A stretch of DNA of 32,000 bases from an archaeon. GTDB lineage: Archaea > Iainarchaeota > Iainarchaeia > Iainarchaeales > 1-14-0-10-31-34. The stretch lies in contig JAJRVL010000004.1 of the NCBI GenBank assembly GCA_024277355.1, forward strand, positions 420,001 through 452,000, given 5' to 3'. The notes beneath the pieces were generated by a model. That model did no database searches. It was not told the origin of the DNA and worked only from the letters and a program-made list of their open reading frames with translations. The position numbers were made by a program, and so were the translations under genes. Of this stretch, positions 9,633 through 15,732 are shown one piece after another (position 1 is the stretch's first letter; each line of letters begins with the position of its first letter).

Positions 9633-10235
9633 TTAGTTTTTTTCCAAAATAGAAACCAATCTTTCAATTAATTCATCAAACCCTGCTTTTTTTTCTTCTT
9701 CTAAAACCTTTAAATGAAAAGATTTAGTAGCAGGATGCTTTGGGCCTAAAACATCACACATTTCCGGTCCAACAGACAGTTTATAAGTATTGAATTCTTT
9801 TGCTAAATCAATTATTTCCTGTTTGTCAAAAGCCAGCAAAGGTCTTACAACAGGAATATTTATTCCAAAAGAAATTGAAACTAAATTATCTAAAGTCTGA
9901 GAAGAAACCTGTCCAAGGTTTTCGCCTGTAACAATAAAATCAAATCCCTTTTTTTCACAGATTTTTTCTGCTGTTTTAATTATTAAGCGTTTCATTAAAA
10001 CAAAATAAAATTTTCTGTCAGTTTTATTTACTATTTCCTGTAAAGCAAAAGAAAAATCAATTACAAGAAGTTTTGAATTAAGTTTTTCAGCTAATTTTTC
10101 TGATTTATTAATTGATTCTCTTCCAACTATTTTTTCTGAAGAAAAATGAAGGCAGGAAATTTCAGTTTTATTTTTAACTAAAAAACCTGCAACAGGACTG
10201 TCAATTCCCCCGCTTAAAAGAAGTAATCCTTTCAT
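9633..10235 (-). CDS. thiI: stand-alone ThiI-type PP-loop (sulfurtransferase) domain protein
   Basis: 'MKGLLLLSGGIDSPVAGFLVKNKTEISCLHF', 'FIVTGENLGQVSSQTLDNL', 'CDVLGPKHPATK'. The internal ATG at 10235 fits the domain start better than the longer ORF start. Confidence 0.85.
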   Translation of the reverse strand: MKGLLLLSGGIDSPVAGFLVKNKTEISCLHFSSEKIVGRESINKSEKLAEKLNSKLLVIDFSFALQEIVNKTDRKFYFVLMKRLIIKTAEKICEKKGFDFIVTGENLGQVSSQTLDNLVSISFGINIPVVRPLLAFDKQEIIDLAKEFNTYKLSVGPEMCDVLGPKHPATKSFHLKVLEEEKKAGFDELIERLVSILEKN

Positions 10236-10361
10236 AAAGAAAAATACAACAGAATAAGTTAAAAACAATTCATTAAAAAACCAATAAATAAAAAGAATAT
10301 GCATGACTAATACTTAATTAAAAAGAAAAAAAAAGAATAAAAAAAAATTATAAGTGATTTC

Positions 10362-11528
10362 ATGGAATATGACATAATTATAATTGGCGCAGGCCCTGCA
10401 GGATGTTCTACTGCATTAAATTCAGCTAAATTTGGATTAAAAACTTTGTTAATTGAAGAACATAAAGTTATTGGCGAACCAGTTCATTGCGGAGAATGCT
10501 TATCTGAATTTGCTGTTCAAAGATTAGGAATAAAGCTTCCTAAAGAAGTTATTTCAAAAGAAGTTAAAGGAGTTAAAGTAATTTTTCCTGACGGAAAAAG
10601 CGCTTACATAAAAGAAAAAGGATTTGTATTAGAAAAACATAAATTTGAACAATGGCTGGCAAAAGAATCAGCAAAGCTTGGAGCAGAAATAAAATTAGGC
10701 TTAAAAGTTTTAGATGCAGTAAAAAAAGAATTCTGGACAATTAAATGTTCAGATAATTCAGAGTTTAAAACAAAAATTTTAATTGATGCAACAGGCTCAA
10801 GTGCTTTTTTATCTGAAAAACTTAATTTGAATAAAAGATACACTACAATTATCGGAATGCAGTATGAACTAAAAGACATTCCGGAAGAAGGTTATTTGGA
10901 TTTTTATTTATGGCCTAAAATGGCTCCGGAAGGCTATTTATGGATGATTCCTAAATCAAATGGAAGAGCTAATGTAGGTTTAACTACAACAGAAAGAAAT
11001 AAAGCAAAAACTTTTTTGGATGAATTTATGAAACAAAAAAACTGGGAAAATAAAGTTAAAGTAAAAACTTTTGGAGGATTAATTCCAATTTCCGGCGCAG
11101 TAGAAAAAACTTTTGATGATGGATTAATTTTAGTTGGAGATGCAGCAGGTTTTGCTTCACCTTTATTTGAAGGAGGAACTTCTTTAAGTTTAACTTCAGG
11201 AAAATTTGCAGCTCAAATAGCAAAAAAAGCTGTTGAACAAAAAAATTATTCAAAAGAAGTTTTAGCTGAATATGAAACTTTATGGAGAAAAGAGTTTCCT
11301 GCTTATGACAAAATAATGAAAGGAAAAAATGCTTTATATAATTTAACTGAAGAAGAACTGAATTTTATCGGCAAATTCATGCCAAAAAACATTAGTCAAG
11401 TTTCTTTTATGGAAAGAATACAAATAATTTTTAAAATTTTAATTAAAAAACCTAACTTGTTTGGAAAAGGAATTCTTTCTGCCGCAAAAGCTTTTAGTTA
11501 CAGCAGAGCAAAATATTATGGATGGTAG
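10362..11528 (+). CDS. geranylgeranyl reductase family protein (digeranylgeranylglycerophospholipid reductase-like)
   Basis: 'YDIIIIGAGPAGCSTALNSAKFGLKTLLIEE', 'GCGE'-type 'HCGECLSEFAV', 'GLILVGDAAGFASPLFEGG', 'YLWMIPKSNGRANVG'. Confidence 0.9.
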   Translation: MEYDIIIIGAGPAGCSTALNSAKFGLKTLLIEEHKVIGEPVHCGECLSEFAVQRLGIKLPKEVISKEVKGVKVIFPDGKSAYIKEKGFVLEKHKFEQWLAKESAKLGAEIKLGLKVLDAVKKEFWTIKCSDNSEFKTKILIDATGSSAFLSEKLNLNKRYTTIIGMQYELKDIPEEGYLDFYLWPKMAPEGYLWMIPKSNGRANVGLTTTERNKAKTFLDEFMKQKNWENKVKVKTFGGLIPISGAVEKTFDDGLILVGDAAGFASPLFEGGTSLSLTSGKFAAQIAKKAVEQKNYSKEVLAEYETLWRKEFPAYDKIMKGKNALYNLTEEELNFIGKFMPKNISQVSFMERIQIIFKILIKKPNLFGKGILSAAKAFSYSRAKYYGW

Positions 11529-11529
11529 A

Positions 11530-11892
11530 ATGTTTGTAAGAAAATTAAAGGAATGCCGTGAATTTACTGCAGGAGACCATTCAATTTTAAGAGAATTATT
11601 TAATCCAATAAAAGACAAACTGGAATTAAATTATAGTTTAGCTCATGCAAGAGTTCCTACAGGAAAAACTACAACAAAACACAAACTAACAAGTTCTGAA
11701 GTATATTATATTTTGCAGGGAAAAGGAACAATGTTTATTGATGAAGAAAAAAAAGAAATAGAAAAAGGCGATGCAGTTTATATTCCTCCTAATGCAGTTC
11801 AATGGATTTCAAATACAAGCAAAGAAGAAATAATTATTTTATGCATGGTTGAACCTGCATGGAAAAAAGAAGACGAAACAGTTTTTGAGTAA
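11530..11892 (+). CDS. cupin-domain protein
   Basis: 'AGDHSILRELFNP', 'YSLAHARVPTGKTTTKHKLTSSEVYYILQGKGTMFIDEEKKEIEKGDAVYIPPNAVQWISN'. Start moved to 11530, after the preceding stop. Confidence 0.85.
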   Translation: MFVRKLKECREFTAGDHSILRELFNPIKDKLELNYSLAHARVPTGKTTTKHKLTSSEVYYILQGKGTMFIDEEKKEIEKGDAVYIPPNAVQWISNTSKEEIIILCMVEPAWKKEDETVFE

Positions 11893-11944
11893 ATTAAATA
11901 CCAAATTTAGAAAGAATTAAATAAATCTAATCATTAATTTACTT

Positions 11945-12598
11945 ATGAAAGACCCAAAAGGAGCAGTAATAATTGGCTGCGTGCATAGAGGACAAAAAAA
12001 CGCAGAAAAAGTCATTGCAGTCCTTAAAAAAAATGGAATAAAAGAAGGAGATTTAATTGGAGTTGAACATTCAAGAAAAAATCTTAATGAAATAATAGCA
12101 GAAGTTGGATCAAACAGACCTAGTGCTTTTACTATTCTGCAACAACAAATAAAAATAATACAATTTCAGAATGCAATAAAAGCACTTCCTTTTTCAGAAA
12201 CTATTTCTCTTCGCGCAACATTATTCGAACTAAAAGGAAATTTGCATTCAACTATATTCAAAAACACTCTTTTTAAATTCCTTTTATCAAAAAAAGTTAA
12301 ATTTATGCCTTTTGATGTAAATTGGAAAGCAAATGTACACTCAACTCAAATAGTGGTTCCTGTCAGAGAAAAATTCTGGGGAAAAAAATTTAAAGGGAAA
12401 AAACCTCAATTTGTTATAGCAGGAACTGCACATCTAAGTGCATTAAAAAAAATTGTTCCATACAGAAAAGCAATAACAACAAATAAAATAGTGCATTTTA
12501 TTCAAAAACCTTTTGAAGTCTTAATCAGAACAAAATACAAACTAAGAAAAACCAAAAACCAAAGAAAAAGAAGAAAACTAAAACCTTTAATAAAATGA
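11945..12598 (+). CDS. hypothetical protein with distant TraB/PrgY-like pattern
   Basis: 'VIIGCVHRGQKNAEKVIAVLKK...DLIGVEHSRKN' near the N-terminus and 'FVIAGTAHLSALKKIV' near the C-terminus. Family assignment is weak. Confidence 0.35.
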   Translation: MKDPKGAVIIGCVHRGQKNAEKVIAVLKKNGIKEGDLIGVEHSRKNLNEIIAEVGSNRPSAFTILQQQIKIIQFQNAIKALPFSETISLRATLFELKGNLHSTIFKNTLFKFLLSKKVKFMPFDVNWKANVHSTQIVVPVREKFWGKKFKGKKPQFVIAGTAHLSALKKIVPYRKAITTNKIVHFIQKPFEVLIRTKYKLRKTKNQRKRRKLKPLIK

Positions 12599-12623
12599 AA
12601 TTATTATTTATTAAGTGAATTAA

Positions 12624-13328
12624 ATGAATAAAATTTTAACTAAACAAAGAATTGAAAACTTAAATAAATTCAGGAACTTAATGAAAGAAGCAGTTAGTCA
12701 TATGATTGAAGAAGAGAAAAATCCTGCAGTTAAAGCAGCATATGAACGTACTTTGAAGAACATTGAGTCTGTTCCAATAAATTTTTTTCCTAAAAAAAAT
12801 TTAGTTCACGCCATATATAAAATTGGAAAACAAATTTTTACTTCTGAAGTTTTAGGAGAACACAAACAAGAAATAATTGTAATGAAAAAAGGAAAACAAA
12901 CTTTTGTTATAAGAGGAAAAAGAAATATTGATATTCCCTCAGAACATTTTTTTCATGAAAACAATTTAAACTGGCAGGGAATCCATACTTTAATGCATGA
13001 ATACTGTCATGATCCTGCAAGAAATGTATTAAAATTTTCTAATCAAATTCATTTAAATTCTGAACAAGCAGAAGAATTAATTGCAGATTTATTAAGTGCA
13101 AAAATTGCAAGAAAAATGGGAATGAACAAAGAAAGAGTTTTAAGTTTTTATCGTGGAAGACAAGGAGTTTACGGAAAATTTCCTTTTAAAGAAACATTAG
13201 AAAAAGCAATTAAACCAAAGAAAGGAAAAATTGAACCAATTACTCCAAAAAGGCCATTCAGAGAACTGGCAAAAAGAAAAAAAAGCAGAAAAATTACTTC
13301 AATTTATATGAGAAGAAAAGCTGCTTAA
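12624..13328 (+). CDS. hypothetical HExxH (gluzincin-like) protein
   Basis: 'GIHTLMHEYCHDPARNVLKF...NSEQAEELIADLLSAKIARKMGM': HExxH followed by a glutamate-rich helix, as in gluzincin-type peptidases. Confidence 0.55.
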   Translation: MNKILTKQRIENLNKFRNLMKEAVSHMIEEEKNPAVKAAYERTLKNIESVPINFFPKKNLVHAIYKIGKQIFTSEVLGEHKQEIIVMKKGKQTFVIRGKRNIDIPSEHFFHENNLNWQGIHTLMHEYCHDPARNVLKFSNQIHLNSEQAEELIADLLSAKIARKMGMNKERVLSFYRGRQGVYGKFPFKETLEKAIKPKKGKIEPITPKRPFRELAKRKKSRKITSIYMRRKAA

Positions 13329-13370
13329 AAAAAAAGCTGAGAGAGGGATTCGAACCCTCGATCTTCCGCT

Positions 13371-13473
13371 AACCGTGCTGACCTTGTTTTAATAAAAAAT
13401 TATGTGCAAATGCCTTTTTTCTTTTTGGGCAACTTGCACTTTTTCTTTTTCGGAAAAAAGAAAAAGGGCAGCG
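13371..13473 (-). other. tRNA-Cys intron (103 nt), canonical 37/38 position
   Basis: BHB-like fold: outer helix TCCGC/GCGGA, 3-nt bulges AG^C and TT^A, inner helix GCTG/CAGC. The central 4-bp helix CTGC/ACGG contains one C-A mismatch. Confidence 0.78.
13411..13471 (+). repeat. 61-nt perfect direct repeat, copy A (inside the tRNA-Cys intron)
   Basis: TGCCTTTTTTCTTTTTGGGCAACTTGCACTTTTTCTTTTTCGGAAAAAAGAAAAAGGGCAG, identical to 15624..15684. Confidence 0.97.
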
Positions 13474-13535
13474 CTGCAGGCGGATGCATATCCTCTCTGC
13501 CACCTCAGCTTAATAGAAGAAAAGGCTTGAAAAAG

Positions 13536-13546
13536 CTTTTAAAAAG
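13536..13546 (-). promoter_or_regulatory. candidate TATA box for tRNA-Cys
   Basis: CTTTTTAAAAG on the minus strand, approx. 27-37 nt upstream of the tRNA 5' end. Confidence 0.4.
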
Positions 13547-13651
13547 AATTTTAGGGTTTAAAGTGAGTATTTAAAAGATTTTCTGCTGAAAGAATATTAA
13601 GTAAAGCTGATTCTTTATAGCTTTTATTTTTTATTTATGCGAGTGATTTAA

Positions 13652-14380
13652 ATGGGTTTAAGACCAGGAAGATGTTACAGACTGCAAAACAAAAGAGCCT
13701 TTACAAGGACAGCCGTTAAAGTACATAAAAGAAATTATATTGGCGCTACTCCTGGAATAAGAACAAGACAGTTTAATACTGGAAATCCATTAAGAAAATA
13801 TTCTCATGTTGTTGACTTAATTACAGATGAAAAAGTCCAAATAAGAGATAATTCATTAGAAGCAATAAGAATTGCAGTTAACAGAGATTTAACAAAAAAT
13901 GCAGGAAAAGAAAACTTTTTTTTAAGAATAAGAATTTATCCTTATCATATTTTAAGAGAAAACAAACAAGCTCAAGGAGCTGGAGCAGACAGAGTAACTA
14001 AAGGAATGAGTCATCCTTATGGAAAACCAATTGGAAGAGCTGCAAGAGTAAGAAAAGGACAAAAAATTTTAAGTTTGTTAGTTAATGAAGAACATTTAGA
14101 TGCAGCTAAAGACGCATTAAATAAAGCTAAACCAAAATTAACCTGTAAAATTTTAATTAAAGTTGGAACAGACATTGAAAGCATTGGAACTTTGCCAAAA
14201 AGAGTAAAAAGAAGAAAAGAAAAAGAAGAGAAAGAAGAAGCAGACAAAAAAGCAGAAGACGAAAAAGCAGGCGAAAAAGGCAAAGACGAAAAAAAAGATG
14301 ATAAAGGCAAAGAAGCAGACAAAAAAGACGATAAAGACAAAGACACAAAAAAAGACGACAAAACCGCCAAAAAAAAGTAA
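13652..14380 (+). CDS. rpl10e: 50S ribosomal protein L10e (uL16) with long charged C-terminal extension
   Basis: 'MGLRPGRCYR', 'GNPLRKYSHVVDL', 'RIRIYPYHILRENKQAQGAGADRVTKGMSHPYGKPIGRAARVRKGQKI'. The last approx. 60 residues are Lys/Asp/Glu-rich. Confidence 0.95.
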   Translation: MGLRPGRCYRLQNKRAFTRTAVKVHKRNYIGATPGIRTRQFNTGNPLRKYSHVVDLITDEKVQIRDNSLEAIRIAVNRDLTKNAGKENFFLRIRIYPYHILRENKQAQGAGADRVTKGMSHPYGKPIGRAARVRKGQKILSLLVNEEHLDAAKDALNKAKPKLTCKILIKVGTDIESIGTLPKRVKRRKEKEEKEEADKKAEDEKAGEKGKDEKKDDKGKEADKKDDKDKDTKKDDKTAKKK

Positions 14381-14408
14381 TTTAATTTAATTCTTTTATT
14401 ATTTGTTT

Positions 14409-15608
14409 ATGAATAAATATCTTTTTGTTTTAGGAAGAGATTCAGTTTTATCTTTTGCAGAAATCATTGTTTACTTAAAGAATAGAAACATTGAATTTGA
14501 AATAAATGCTAAAGAAGAAAACGCCGTATTAATTTCTTCAAGTAAACTTCCAGTAAAAAAATTAATGCATGATTTAGGCGGAACAATAAAAATAATTAAA
14601 ATTTTATTTGAAGGAAAAAATTTAAATGAATTATTAGAAAAAATAAAAGAAAAAGAATTAATTGAATGGATGAATGAAAAATTATGTTATTCATTGAATT
14701 TTTATGGAAAAGAATTCAAAGGAACAAAGTTATTAGAAAGATTTTTCAAACAAAAATTCAAGGAACTCAAAAAAAAAGCAGTATATAAAAAACCAAAAAA
14801 ACTGGAAAAACAGGAATCAAAAAAAATCAAAGATTTTAACAGTTCTCCTACTCAGGTTTATTCATGGAATTTAATTGAAGAACAAAGCGATTTTGTTTTT
14901 TTTAATTCAGAAAAATTTTATTTTGGATTAACTATTGAATGCTTTAATCCAAAAGAATTAAAACAAAGAGATGAAGAAAGACCAGAACAAAAAAAACTTC
15001 ATTCAATTTCTTTAAGGTTAGCGAGAATTTTAATTAATCTTTCAGGAGTAAAATCCAATCAAATTTTATTAGATCCTTTTTGCGGAATTGGAAGCATATT
15101 ACAGGAAGCAATGTTTAATGGAATTAATGTAATTGGAATTGAATTAGATAATAAAACATCTGGAATGGCAAGAAAAAATTTATCTGCTTTTGAAAAAAAA
15201 TATAAAACTGGAAAAACATGGAAAATAATTCAGGGAGATTCAGCTTTTATTAAAGAAACTTTAGAAGGCAAAAAATTTGATGCAATTGCTTCAGAGCCTT
15301 TTTTAGGGCCTTTAATTAAAAGAACTTTAAGAGAAAAAGAAGCAAAACCAATAATGTATGAATTAGAACAGCTTTATTTTAGTTTTTTCAAAAAACTTTC
15401 TTTTATTACAAGAAAACAAAGAATTGCAATTGTTCTTCCAGCTATAAAATGCACTAACGGAAGAATACTTCATTTAACTGAGAAAGTTTTTTCTCCTTAT
15501 TTTAAGTCAGTTAATCCTATAGCTAAATTTAATTCAAATGCTTTTCCTTTTAATTACATGGAAGAAAGTAAAATTAAAAGAAAAATTTATTTGCTGGAAA
15601 GAATTTAA
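14409..15608 (+). CDS. THUMP/Trm-G10(Trm11)-like tRNA guanosine methyltransferase
   Basis: 'LLDPFCGIGSILQEAMFNGINVIGIELDNKTSGMARKNL' (SAM motif I), 'FDAIASEPFLGPLIKR' (motif IV variant). The N-terminal half is THUMP-like. Confidence 0.8.
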   Translation: MNKYLFVLGRDSVLSFAEIIVYLKNRNIEFEINAKEENAVLISSSKLPVKKLMHDLGGTIKIIKILFEGKNLNELLEKIKEKELIEWMNEKLCYSLNFYGKEFKGTKLLERFFKQKFKELKKKAVYKKPKKLEKQESKKIKDFNSSPTQVYSWNLIEEQSDFVFFNSEKFYFGLTIECFNPKELKQRDEERPEQKKLHSISLRLARILINLSGVKSNQILLDPFCGIGSILQEAMFNGINVIGIELDNKTSGMARKNLSAFEKKYKTGKTWKIIQGDSAFIKETLEGKKFDAIASEPFLGPLIKRTLREKEAKPIMYELEQLYFSFFKKLSFITRKQRIAIVLPAIKCTNGRILHLTEKVFSPYFKSVNPIAKFNSNAFPFNYMEESKIKRKIYLLERI

Positions 15609-15623
15609 TTTATTTTTTTACAT

Positions 15624-15684
15624 TGCCTTTTTTCTTTTTGGGCAACTTGCACTTTTTCTTTTTCGGAAAAAAGAAAAAGGGCAG
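15624..15684 (+). repeat. 61-nt perfect direct repeat, copy B (intergenic, upstream of ppsA)
   Basis: Identical over 61 nt to the copy in the tRNA-Cys intron at 13411..13471, in the same orientation. Confidence 0.97.
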
Positions 15685-15732
15685 AGCCATTAAACTTAAT
15701 AATAAGTTTCTTCTTTTCTTTAATAGATTTAA

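Larger units (their letters stand above)
13336..13509 (-). tRNA. trnC: tRNA-Cys (anticodon GCA) with intron
   Basis: Acceptor GCTGAGG/TCTCAGC; anticodon stem TCCGC/GCGGA with loop C-T-GCA-G/A once the intron is removed; T arm GAGGG-TTCGAAT-CCCTC. Exons 13509-13474 and 13370-13336. Confidence 0.88.

Noticed and set aside
13336-13509. First considered as a type II (Leu/Ser) tRNA with a long variable arm because of its length
   Set aside because: Once the 103-nt insert at 37/38 is removed, the loop reads CTGCAGA with anticodon GCA and a 5-nt variable region, so it is an intron-containing tRNA-Cys.
14017-14370. Antisense ORFs over the L10e tail (Ser/Leu/Phe-rich, 14017..14370 and 14157..14348)
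   Set aside because: Reverse complement of a Lys/Asp codon tract; a compositional artefact.
14200-14370. Short tandem-like GACAAAAAAGACGA units considered as a CRISPR or satellite array
   Set aside because: Units are irregular and in-frame with the L10e C-terminal tail. No constant repeat with unique spacers; no CRISPR array seen in the window.
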